Source of the DNA: an uncultured Actinomycetes bacterium
GTDB taxonomy: Bacteria > SZUA-79 > Acidulodesulfobacterales > Acidulodesulfobacteraceae
Length of the DNA: 64,000 nt
Assembly (NCBI GenBank): GCA_964631685.1
Contig: CAZVZU010000003.1
Location: 1-64,000, forward strand
Direction of reading: 5' to 3'
Part shown: positions 9,125 through 17,527 of the stretch, one piece after another
Position numbering within the stretch: position 1 is the stretch's first letter
Layout: each line of letters begins with the position of its first letter
Position numbers and translations under genes: made by a program
Notes under the pieces: generated by a model
Seen by the model: only the letters and a program-made list of their open reading frames with translations
Database searches by the model: none
Told to the model about the DNA's origin: nothing

Positions 9125-10732
9125 ATGTTGAGAAAAAGTTTTGTATTAGTTTTTGTTTTAATATTGTTTGCAATTGTTTTATCTTTTGGCTTTATTTCAA
9201 CCGATTCGTTCGGCTATAAAACTTCTAAATTTTATGATGCAAGGTGGGCAGGAGGATTAAGTCCACTATCTTCTGCCCGATTAAAGAAAGCCAATAAATT
9301 ATTTACAGTTAATTGCGCAGGTTGTCACGGTGATAACAGAGAAGGAGGAATCGGACCTGCATTATTGCCCGAGACACTTTCCTTTAAAAAACTCCCCGAG
9401 ATTGTTCATTATATAGAAACCGGTTTTAAGGGGACGGCCATGTCTTCATGGAAAGATAAATTGGGCGGTAAAGATTGCGCGCTACTTGCAAGGTACATAA
9501 AAACCGTCCCGGCGGGTAAGATACCAGTATGGTCGTTGAAGCAAATTGACTCTACCGTTAAGATGATTATTCCTGCCTATTTGTACCCGAATAAACCGAT
9601 TTATAAAAATAGGTTGGGAAATATATTCTTTGTGGTAGAAAAAAATATTTCCCGAGGAGCTTTTATAGATGGGGACAACTGGACAATTATGAAACAGATA
9701 CCTATCGGTTTTTCCACACATGAAGTTAAATATACTCACAACGGAGAGTTTGGATATGCGATTGCCAGAAATGGATTTGTGGACAAGATTGATATGTATA
9801 GTTTAAAATCTGTCGCAAGCGTGAGGACTTGCCTTGATGCAAGGGGAGTGGATCCGACATATAGCGGAAATTATGTTTTAACAGGATGTTATTTGCCCTA
9901 TCAAGCCGTAATTATATCCGGTAAAACCATGCAGCCGCTTAGGGTAATTCGTACAGATAATGTTGTCGGACCCTTGGGGAAAAAAATTGGTTCAAGGGTA
10001 GCAGGCACTCTTTATTCACACAAGTATGGTGTTTTTGCGATAGTTCTAAAAGAGGCAGGGCAGGTATGGATTATTAAAGCAAAACCACCGTTTCCCGTTA
10101 TTGCCAAGATTAAAGGCGTAGGAAGGATACTTCATGATGCTTACATTGATAAAACAGGGAGGTATATGTTTGTCACAGGTATGGCTTCGGGCACTATAAC
10201 CGTAATAGATTTAAAGACCGATGAGATGGCGGCAAGAATTTATGTAGGGAAGGGAGCACATGTTGGCCCTGGTGCGTCATGGATGCTCAAGAGCGGAGAA
10301 GAGGTTGCGGCAACTATGCATATTAAGAAAAATGGGATGACCATATTTGAAGTGGGTAATCCATGGAGAGTATTGAAAACCGTTAAGACTGCGGGTCCAA
10401 GCTTGTTTGAGAGGACATATCCGGGCAATCCGTATGTTTGGGCAGACGATGTGTTTGCGGGTAAAAAGCATGATGAGATATATGTGATAAGCAAGACCCC
10501 TCCATTTAGAGTTGTCAAAGTTCTTATACCTGAGAAGGGACTTATAGCACTGCATCCTGAATTTTCATGCAATGGCAAATATGTCATGATTAGCGAATGG
10601 GCTAAAAAAGGAGAGTTAGTCATTTATAACGCAAGGACATTGAAAAAGGTCAAGGTAATAACAGGTCTTGTTACACCAACCGGACAATTTAATGTAGGTG
10701 CCAGAGTGTTTCACGGTTGTTCTCAGAAATAA
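9125..10732 (+). CDS. periplasmic cytochrome cd1-family protein (NirS/NirN-like): c-type heme domain plus d1-type beta-propeller
   Basis: signal peptide; CAGCH and Met ligand (GTAM); His motifs STHE, LHD, AHVG, HPEF; TPTG.FNV; start moved to ATG 9125 behind AGGAGG (9110-9115). Confidence 0.88.
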   Translation: MLRKSFVLVFVLILFAIVLSFGFISTDSFGYKTSKFYDARWAGGLSPLSSARLKKANKLFTVNCAGCHGDNREGGIGPALLPETLSFKKLPEIVHYIETGFKGTAMSSWKDKLGGKDCALLARYIKTVPAGKIPVWSLKQIDSTVKMIIPAYLYPNKPIYKNRLGNIFFVVEKNISRGAFIDGDNWTIMKQIPIGFSTHEVKYTHNGEFGYAIARNGFVDKIDMYSLKSVASVRTCLDARGVDPTYSGNYVLTGCYLPYQAVIISGKTMQPLRVIRTDNVVGPLGKKIGSRVAGTLYSHKYGVFAIVLKEAGQVWIIKAKPPFPVIAKIKGVGRILHDAYIDKTGRYMFVTGMASGTITVIDLKTDEMAARIYVGKGAHVGPGASWMLKSGEEVAATMHIKKNGMTIFEVGNPWRVLKTVKTAGPSLFERTYPGNPYVWADDVFAGKKHDEIYVISKTPPFRVVKVLIPEKGLIALHPEFSCNGKYVMISEWAKKGELVIYNARTLKKVKVITGLVTPTGQFNVGARVFHGCSQK

Positions 10733-10833
10733 AACTAAGAACGAGTAACTACAAATTATTTCCATTGGCTCTTAGGTGCATGTTTATCCCATAAAAACGG
10801 CACAACGCTGAACTTAAATGATTTTTCAAATAC

Positions 10834-10859
10834 ACGCGCTCTGCAAAAGAAGAGCGCGT
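10834..10859 (+). terminator. GC-rich stem-loop between the cd1 gene and the radical SAM genes
   Basis: ACGCGCTCT-8 nt-AGAGCGCGT; no U-tract, so terminator versus stabilising hairpin is uncertain. Confidence 0.4.
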
Positions 10860-10993
10860 AAGGCGGTTGTAGTATGAATAATTTATGATTGAGCTGTGAA
10901 TGAACAATTGCGGAGTTTTAAATATAATGACTGGAATTAGTCCAATTAGTTTTTAAATCTAAGTATTTATTTTAAAACAAGGAGGACGCAGAT

Positions 10994-12181
10994 ATGGTTA
11001 ATTGCTCGCAATTATTGGCTTTTACGGAAACCGGCAAAGAAATTGGATGCGTTGAAAAAGCGCATGGTACGGCTCCAAGACATTTGTTGAGATATTTCGG
11101 CGTCGCATCTCCAATAGTAGTTTGGAATATTACAAGGCAGTGTAATTTGAGTTGCCTTTATTGTTACGAGGGGGCAACATCATTGCCCTCGGGAGACGAA
11201 CTTTCTTACGATGAAGCGACCAATTTGATGGACGGATTAAAAGAAATGAATATTCCGTTACTTGCGTTTTCTGGAGGAGAACCGCTTGCGAGAAGCGATA
11301 TATTTGATTTATTTACTTATGCGAGGTCCATAGGTCTGGCTTTTATACTATCGACCAATGGCACCCTTATAACGCAAGATACAGCAAAAAGAATAAAGAA
11401 TTCCGGAGTAAGTTATGTTGGCATAAGCATAGATGGTTTAGAAAATATGCACGATGAAATGAGAGGTTCAAGGGGAAGTTTTTTTAGGTCGATGAATGGG
11501 CTCAAGTGCTTAATTGGCGAGGGAATTAAGACCGGAATAAGAATTACGGTAACCAAACCTAATTTGGAAGAGATAGGTCATGTGCTTGACATTGCCGTGG
11601 ACGAGGGTGTGCCTCGTTTTACCGTTTTACAACTTGTTTATTCCGGAAGAGGAGATAAATTTAAGAAATGGGACATTAATAGGAAAGAAAGAAGAGAATT
11701 AATTGAGTATCTTGTAAAAAGGTCTAGTGAGCTTAAGACCAGTCAGTCTGCAACGGAAATAGTTACTGCCGATAATTATGCCGATGGAATATATATCTAT
11801 AATCATATAAAAGGAAATAATCCGGCCGCATCAAAAAATGCTAAAATGCTTTTATTGAGACAGTCCGGCTGTCCTGCCGCAGAAAAATTAATAAATATTG
11901 ACTATAGAGGTGATGTACATCCCTGTCCATATTGGACGACAAGGACACTCGGGAATGTTAGAAACAAGAAAATAGGTGAAATATGGATAGATAAAACTAA
12001 TAATTTCTTGGTTACAATGAGGGATAAGAGGTCTCATCTTAAGGGTAAATGTGGTGGTTGTAGCTATAAATCATTTTGCGGAGGATGCAGGGTTAGGGCA
12101 GAAATGGTTTATGGGGATCCCTTTGCTGAAGATCCGGCATGCTATTTGAGCGAGGAGGAAATACATGATAAACTGCAGTAG
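10994..12181 (+). CDS. radical SAM/SPASM enzyme, AhbC/NirJ-like
   Basis: P.VVWN.T..CNLSCLYC, SGGEPL, STNG, VGISIDG, DN.ADG.YIY, SPASM CX12GX4C...CX2CX5CX2C...DPAC; AAGGAGG SD. Confidence 0.9.
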   Translation: MVNCSQLLAFTETGKEIGCVEKAHGTAPRHLLRYFGVASPIVVWNITRQCNLSCLYCYEGATSLPSGDELSYDEATNLMDGLKEMNIPLLAFSGGEPLARSDIFDLFTYARSIGLAFILSTNGTLITQDTAKRIKNSGVSYVGISIDGLENMHDEMRGSRGSFFRSMNGLKCLIGEGIKTGIRITVTKPNLEEIGHVLDIAVDEGVPRFTVLQLVYSGRGDKFKKWDINRKERRELIEYLVKRSSELKTSQSATEIVTADNYADGIYIYNHIKGNNPAASKNAKMLLLRQSGCPAAEKLINIDYRGDVHPCPYWTTRTLGNVRNKKIGEIWIDKTNNFLVTMRDKRSHLKGKCGGCSYKSFCGGCRVRAEMVYGDPFAEDPACYLSEEEIHDKLQ

Positions 12182-13250
12182 GCTCATGGATCAGGCGTCT
12201 TTAAATATAATTAACGTCGGCAAAAAAAAGCTATATTTATCTAAAAAAGGGCCTATAATATTCTATTATCCGTTAAATTATCCTTCAAGGCAGAAAGTGC
12301 AAAGCAGAGATTTGCTTTCAACGCAAGAGTGTTTAGATTTATTTGATGAGGCCAATAATATGGATACTCCTTTTATCACAATGGAAAGTGAAGATCCATT
12401 GGAGAGAGATGATCTTGTCGATATAATATCTTACGGTTCAAAAAATGGGATAAAAATAGTCGTTGCAATGAGCCATAGATTTATAACTGAGAGCAGGGTG
12501 AAGGTTCTTAAAAATGCGGGAACAAGCTATATCGGTGTTAATCTTGATGAAAAATTTTCTGGAAATTTGAAAGAAAATTTCAGAAGGTGTCTTAGAAACT
12601 TGCAATATCTTAAGAATGAGGCTATCCCATTCGGCATTAAACTTTATTTGAAAGAGTTTGACGAAGACGAGCTCGCTGAAGCTCTTGATTGTATGCAGCT
12701 TAATGGGGTTAAAAGGGTAGCTTTTTACCAATTGCCGCCCAAACATAGGGAGTGGGAACGGTTTAGAAACAATAGGCGTCGGCTCATGGATTTTTTGCTT
12801 GAATGCGCCATGAATAAATTTGACATGGACTTTGCTACTGAAAATATCTATGCTGATGGTCCCTATATTTACAATTATGCGGTCAATAAACTAAAAAATT
12901 TTGAATTGGGTAAAAAAATTCTTCTAAGTCTAAGCAAACAGGGTGGATGTAAGGCCGGAGAAAAGATTATAGGAATTGGTCCTACCGGAGATATCCATCC
13001 TTGTCCTACATGGATAGACTTTAGCGTTGGAAATATAAAAGATAAAGGTATCGCTGAAGTAGTGAGAGAAAATAATATATGCATATCCAATGGCAAGATT
13101 AAAGTTGGAATGAGATGTATGGTTTGCGATTTTAGAAATATATGTAGGGGGTGTAGATATAGGATGTACACTGAAAATGGAGACGTACAAACAATAAATG
13201 ACCCTGCATGTTATTTAACGGACAATGAAATAAATATAGAGAAGAAATAA
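12165..13250 (+). CDS. degenerate radical SAM paralogue with intact SPASM domain (no CX3CX2C, no GGE)
   Basis: shares MxNCSxL start, N.ADG.YIY and SPASM cysteines with the upstream gene; ESEDPL replaces GGEPL; GAGGAGG SD; 17-nt overlap with upstream gene. Confidence 0.8.
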   Translation: MINCSRLMDQASLNIINVGKKKLYLSKKGPIIFYYPLNYPSRQKVQSRDLLSTQECLDLFDEANNMDTPFITMESEDPLERDDLVDIISYGSKNGIKIVVAMSHRFITESRVKVLKNAGTSYIGVNLDEKFSGNLKENFRRCLRNLQYLKNEAIPFGIKLYLKEFDEDELAEALDCMQLNGVKRVAFYQLPPKHREWERFRNNRRRLMDFLLECAMNKFDMDFATENIYADGPYIYNYAVNKLKNFELGKKILLSLSKQGGCKAGEKIIGIGPTGDIHPCPTWIDFSVGNIKDKGIAEVVRENNICISNGKIKVGMRCMVCDFRNICRGCRYRMYTENGDVQTINDPACYLTDNEINIEKK

Positions 13251-13293
13251 CTATACGTCCCGTTCGCTGGTACGCGATGCTTTCCAATATTTA

Positions 13294-13322
13294 TTGACAA
13301 AATCAGCTATTCGTGATAGAAC
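13294..13322 (+). promoter_or_regulatory. putative sigma70 promoter of the CARF gene
   Basis: TTGACA(13294-13299)-17 nt-TAGAAC(13317-13322) with extended -10 TG. Confidence 0.55.
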
Positions 13323-13387
13323 CACCAAATGCTACAGAAATTAATATTATTCCGACTTTAAATAAAAAAAAAGGGGGGGGGTATTCT

Positions 13388-14743
13388 ATGCGTAGTCTTC
13401 TCGTTACATTAGTTAGCGATCAAACAATACCAAATGTTTTGTGCGTTGATTATTTCAAGCCTGACGCTATCTTGTTTGTAACTACCGAAAAAATGGAGGA
13501 AAAACACAAGATACGGGCCACCCTAGGATCCTTAGAGCTGGTTTTCAACGAACGTAGATATACTGCGGATAGTAATGCTTTTATTCTTAAGGTTAAAGAG
13601 GATTCTGTTTCCGATGTAATGCAAAAATTGAGTATTTGGATAAATAGAGAAGGGTTAAAATATGATAAATTTATTGTAAATATCACGCTCGGAACAAAAT
13701 TGATGTCCATCGGAGCATTTGAGGCATTTAGGCGCTATGCCAAAACGGACAAATTTGTTTATATGCCACTGGGTGCCAATAGCATAGAGTTAATAGATTG
13801 TCCCCATGAAAGCATTTCAATTGAAGACAAAAGCGGAAGCAGTATACATGCAATCCGATACCCTATTAAGAAAAGGCTGTCGGCGCCGGAGTATTGCAAG
13901 GCTTACGATATAGACTTAAATACTATTTCCGCGAAAGACCGTGCCATAGAAGATTATGGTTTTGTAAAATGGATTATAAATGGTTATTTTGGCGAAAAAT
14001 TCGGCGATGATACGGTTGTAGAGCATCTTTTGTCCAACTTTTTTAGTAAGTTGCGTAGTTATAGAAATGAAAAAAGTAAGAAAAATAAATTAAAACGCGG
14101 CCAGCTTCCATTTGAGTTTGTTTATAAACTTAATCATAATGATAAGGATGATCTGGAAATAATTAATCAGTTTTTCAGGTTTGATAGCATAAAAAAATAT
14201 CTTTGCATATCGGAGATAATCCAAAAAGAGGACGGAACTGAGGTTCATATCTCCGGTAATATTGATAAAGAGATCGTTGATTTTTTAACGGGCGGTTGGC
14301 TTGAAGAGTTCTGTTTTAACGAGGTTAATGAATTGAAAAAATTAGGTTTTGTTGATGATATTGCACTCAACCCTACTCTCGGTGAAGGAGGGGCGCCCAA
14401 TGAGATTGATGTTATGTTTACGGCTTTCAATAACATATATCTGATTGAGTGTAAATCTTTAAAGCAGACCTCGGATAAAAATTCTGATATATTGTACAAG
14501 ATCTATTCCGTTCAGGATAATAAGGTAGGCGGGCTTGCCGCGAAAAGCTTCTTGATGAGTACTGCAAAGGCTAATATACTAGATAGCAGTGACCAAAATG
14601 ATGCCGATAAGAAGCTTTCAGATTATAAAATAAAAGCAGATTTGCTAAAAAGGGCTAAGGAGCTTAAGATTATTGTAATACATCCGGCGTTCATTAAGGA
14701 TTTAAAGGACATATTGAAAGAAGAAATAGATAAAAGTTTGTGA
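13388..14743 (+). CDS. CARF domain plus PD-(D/E)xK nuclease, Card1/Can2 (DUF1887)-like
   Basis: LVSDQTIPN and NITLGTKLMSI CARF motifs; FLTGGWLEE...NEIDV...LIECKS nuclease motifs; start set at ATG 13388 behind a G-rich SD. Confidence 0.85.
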   Translation: MRSLLVTLVSDQTIPNVLCVDYFKPDAILFVTTEKMEEKHKIRATLGSLELVFNERRYTADSNAFILKVKEDSVSDVMQKLSIWINREGLKYDKFIVNITLGTKLMSIGAFEAFRRYAKTDKFVYMPLGANSIELIDCPHESISIEDKSGSSIHAIRYPIKKRLSAPEYCKAYDIDLNTISAKDRAIEDYGFVKWIINGYFGEKFGDDTVVEHLLSNFFSKLRSYRNEKSKKNKLKRGQLPFEFVYKLNHNDKDDLEIINQFFRFDSIKKYLCISEIIQKEDGTEVHISGNIDKEIVDFLTGGWLEEFCFNEVNELKKLGFVDDIALNPTLGEGGAPNEIDVMFTAFNNIYLIECKSLKQTSDKNSDILYKIYSVQDNKVGGLAAKSFLMSTAKANILDSSDQNDADKKLSDYKIKADLLKRAKELKIIVIHPAFIKDLKDILKEEIDKSL

Positions 14744-14839
14744 TCTATGTATTTGCCTTTAAGCGCAAGTTGGAACGCATTAAGAAAGTGAAAACAGTAT
14801 GGGTTTTTAATTAACTTTCAAGAGAAGGGGGGATAAAAA

Positions 14840-15409
14840 ATGGATGTATCGGTAGCCATAGAGTCAAGGCGCGCGTACAGATCCTTGGAAAAAATAGATA
14901 TAACCGATGGCCTTATCAAGGCTCTTGCTTCATCGGCATCTTTGTCACCGTCTTGTTTTAACAATCAGCCGTGGAGATTTGTATTTGTTTACGAAGAAGC
15001 TATCTTAGATCAATTAAAAAACGCTCTTCCTAAGGGTAATGATTGGGCGCGTAATGCTTCGATGATGATAGCCGTTTTGTCCAAACAAAGTGACGATTGC
15101 GTTTTGGATGACAGAAAATACTATCTTTTGGACACAGGGATGGCGACCGCTTTTCTTATCCTTAAATCAACCGAACTCGGATATGTAGCTCATCCTATAG
15201 CAGGTTATAATCCTGAAATAGTTAAAGAGGCTATATGCTCGCCCGATGATATGGAAATAATAACCATTATAGTATTTGGTAAGCACAAAAAAGAAGCGGA
15301 TGCTATCTTGAGCGAAAAACAAATACATGATGAAGCCGAGCGTCCTATGCGAAAACCGTTCGGAGAATATGCTTATTTAAATAAATTCAACTCGGAGAGA
15401 AGTACTTGA
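14840..15409 (+). CDS. nitroreductase family protein
   Basis: RRAYRS, SPSCFNNQPWRF, DTGMA..FL.L..TELG. Confidence 0.9.
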   Translation: MDVSVAIESRRAYRSLEKIDITDGLIKALASSASLSPSCFNNQPWRFVFVYEEAILDQLKNALPKGNDWARNASMMIAVLSKQSDDCVLDDRKYYLLDTGMATAFLILKSTELGYVAHPIAGYNPEIVKEAICSPDDMEIITIIVFGKHKKEADAILSEKQIHDEAERPMRKPFGEYAYLNKFNSERST

Positions 15410-15427
15410 TGCTTCGTGGTCTTATAA

Positions 15428-15504
15428 TGGTGCGCCCAGAGGGATTCGAACCCCCGGCCTACAGATTCGTAGTCTGACGCTCTATCCAGCTGAGCTATGG
15501 GCGC
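15428..15504 (-). tRNA. tRNA-Arg(ACG)
   Basis: reverse complement GCGCCCA...CAGA-CT-ACG-AA-TCTG...GGTTCGAATCC...TGGGCGCACCA. Confidence 0.97.
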
Positions 15505-15659
15505 TTGCAAACTTACACAACAGCGATAAAGCGGTCGTTTACCTATCGCATGTACATATCTTTATGCTTTAATAATTGATTTTATACCCCCAATTATATA
15601 TAATAGTCAAGCATAACGCAAATGAAATATTCTTCCGTTTCATTTTGTATCATTTCTAT

Positions 15660-15736
15660 GCCCCCGTAGCTCAGTAGGATAGAGCAGAGGTTTCCTAAAC
15701 CTTTGGTCATCGGTTCGATTCCGGTCGGGGGCACCA
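15660..15736 (+). tRNA. tRNA-Arg(CCT)
   Basis: GCCCCCG/CGGGGGC acceptor, GAGGT-TT-CCT-AA-ACCTT anticodon arm, TTCGATT, CCA. Confidence 0.96.
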
Positions 15737-15805
15737 TTTAGCCTTAATCGCCGGTTCAAATATTATAGGTGCAGAAAAACTTAGGCGGTAGTATTGTCAA
15801 TTGCG

Positions 15806-17218
15806 TTACTCGTCGTACTCAATTTTTTCAGGAAGGGATTTTGTGGATTTTGCCCCTATTTTTTTTATTCCCTCAAGTTTTTTGATTAAGTTACCCCTTC
15901 CTTGAGAGAGCTGTTTCATTGCGTTGTCATAAGCCAAGCTTGTTGTGTCGATGCCGGTCTTAATCTTAACCATACTTTCGGCAAAATTAATAAATTTATC
16001 GTATAACTTTCCTGCCTCGTTTATTATTAAAACTGCATTTCGTTCAAGATTGACCTGCGACCAAAGATTTTCTATCGTTCTTAACATTAAAATAAGCATA
16101 GACGGGGTGGCGATTATTATATTTTGATTTAATGCCTTTTTAGGTATATCCTTATCTTCGCTTAGTGCAACGGTATAAGCAAAGTCGATGGGTATGAACA
16201 TAATAACAAAATCAGGTGATTTGCTACCCAATGCCTTATCGTAGCACTTCTCACTCAGTTCGTCGATATGCTTCTTGATAGAGTCGATATGCCCCTTTAA
16301 ATAGGCCTTTTTGCTTTTATCGCCTTCATCAAGGCTTGAATACCTTTCATAATCTGTCAAAGAAACCTTCGAGTCTAAAATTAATTCTCTTTTCTCTGGT
16401 AAATGAATAATAACATCCGGCCTTAAATTCTTAATGTGTTCATTATCGTCTACTACGCTAAGGTTTTTCTGAATTTCATAATTTTCTCCCTTTATCAGTC
16501 CGGAGTTTTCAAGTAACATCTCTAAAACCATCTCACCCCAATTCCCCTGAACCTTTGCATTTCCTTTTAGTGCATTGGTAAGATTTTCGGTTGTAAGTTT
16601 CATATTGTTTTCCGTCTCTATCAATTTGGTGATCTCATTTTTTAGAGAGTAACGTTCTTTCGTTTCAGAAATATAAGTATCTTCGACCCTTTTTTCAAAT
16701 TCTTTTATCTTATTAGATAACGGCTTTAGTATATTATCGATATTCTCCTTATTGACCTCCGTAAATTTTTTACTCTTATCTTCCAATATTTTAGTTGAAA
16801 GATTCTCGAATGCATCACTTAGCCTATTGTCAAGTTCCATGAATTCAGATTTTTGGTTGTGTAACCGTGAAATAAAATCTTCTTTCATGGTATGTATCTT
16901 TTCCTCAAGGTTTTTATTATTAGCTGTTGCTTCGGAGAGTCTGACCATGAGATTTGAGTTTTCGGTTCGGAGATTAGAAATTTCTGTTTCTGCCAGGCTT
17001 AATCTTACGGATGTTTGATTATGCTGCTCTTTTTCATTTTTAAGCGCTTCATCAAGTGTAATCACTCTTTTTATGTCTTGATCATTTTGAAGAGAGTTTT
17101 TGGTTATGAGATCGGAATAGTAGATTCTGATTTTATTTATACGAACAAGAGAAATAACCACAGATGCAATGAAAGCGATAAGTAATATGGAGGATATTAA
17201 CAACAATATAAATATCAT
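15806..17218 (-). CDS. rmuC: DNA recombination protein RmuC
   Basis: N-terminal TM plus coiled coil; QGNWGEMVLE, RPDVII.LP, LDSKVSL, PDFVIMFIP. Confidence 0.92.
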   Translation of the reverse strand: MIFILLLISSILLIAFIASVVISLVRINKIRIYYSDLITKNSLQNDQDIKRVITLDEALKNEKEQHNQTSVRLSLAETEISNLRTENSNLMVRLSEATANNKNLEEKIHTMKEDFISRLHNQKSEFMELDNRLSDAFENLSTKILEDKSKKFTEVNKENIDNILKPLSNKIKEFEKRVEDTYISETKERYSLKNEITKLIETENNMKLTTENLTNALKGNAKVQGNWGEMVLEMLLENSGLIKGENYEIQKNLSVVDDNEHIKNLRPDVIIHLPEKRELILDSKVSLTDYERYSSLDEGDKSKKAYLKGHIDSIKKHIDELSEKCYDKALGSKSPDFVIMFIPIDFAYTVALSEDKDIPKKALNQNIIIATPSMLILMLRTIENLWSQVNLERNAVLIINEAGKLYDKFINFAESMVKIKTGIDTTSLAYDNAMKQLSQGRGNLIKKLEGIKKIGAKSTKSLPEKIEYDE

Positions 17219-17399
17219 ATCAAATATTTTTAACCGTTTATTTTGTTAGTTTTCGTTTGAAAGTCGTAAAAAATTACATAACTAACGAATGTACTCATTA
17301 TAACATAAAACAGATAGGAATTCATAAACGAAGATTTTACTCAACATTGTATATGTGGATTATTTGCATATAAGGCAAAATATGAGAAAAAATAAATTG

Positions 17400-17428
17400 T
17401 TGACTTATGACTTTAAAGTCATTATAAT
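17400..17428 (+). promoter_or_regulatory. sigma70 promoter with palindromic operator in the spacer (tolC-emrA locus)
   Basis: TTGACT(17400-17405)-17 nt-TATAAT(17423-17428); perfect palindrome ATGACTTTAAAGTCAT at 17407-17422. Confidence 0.75.
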
Positions 17429-17527
17429 AAAATTTGTATAGGATTCTGCTTGATATTATGATGCATTGGGTAGCGTGATTTACTGATATATTTTGTACCA
17501 CATACTACAAAAATAACAGAAAGTTTT

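Noticed and set aside
9125..10732. Naming the cd1-family gene nirS or nirN
   Set aside because: It carries signatures of both and lacks the usual nir neighbours; a phylogeny is needed first.
13313..13387. Longer N-terminus of the CARF protein as given by the ORF track
   Set aside because: It overlaps the predicted -10 box and the homopolymer SD; the CARF motif starts right after Met 13388.
13251..14839. CRISPR array or cas genes next to the CARF nuclease
   Set aside because: Flanking intergenic gaps are under 140 nt with no regularly spaced repeats; none seen elsewhere in the window.
4538..15427. Active integrative element or prophage at tRNA-Thr/tRNA-Arg
   Set aside because: No integrase, transposase or phage gene, and I found no duplicated tRNA 3' end (att site) by eye.
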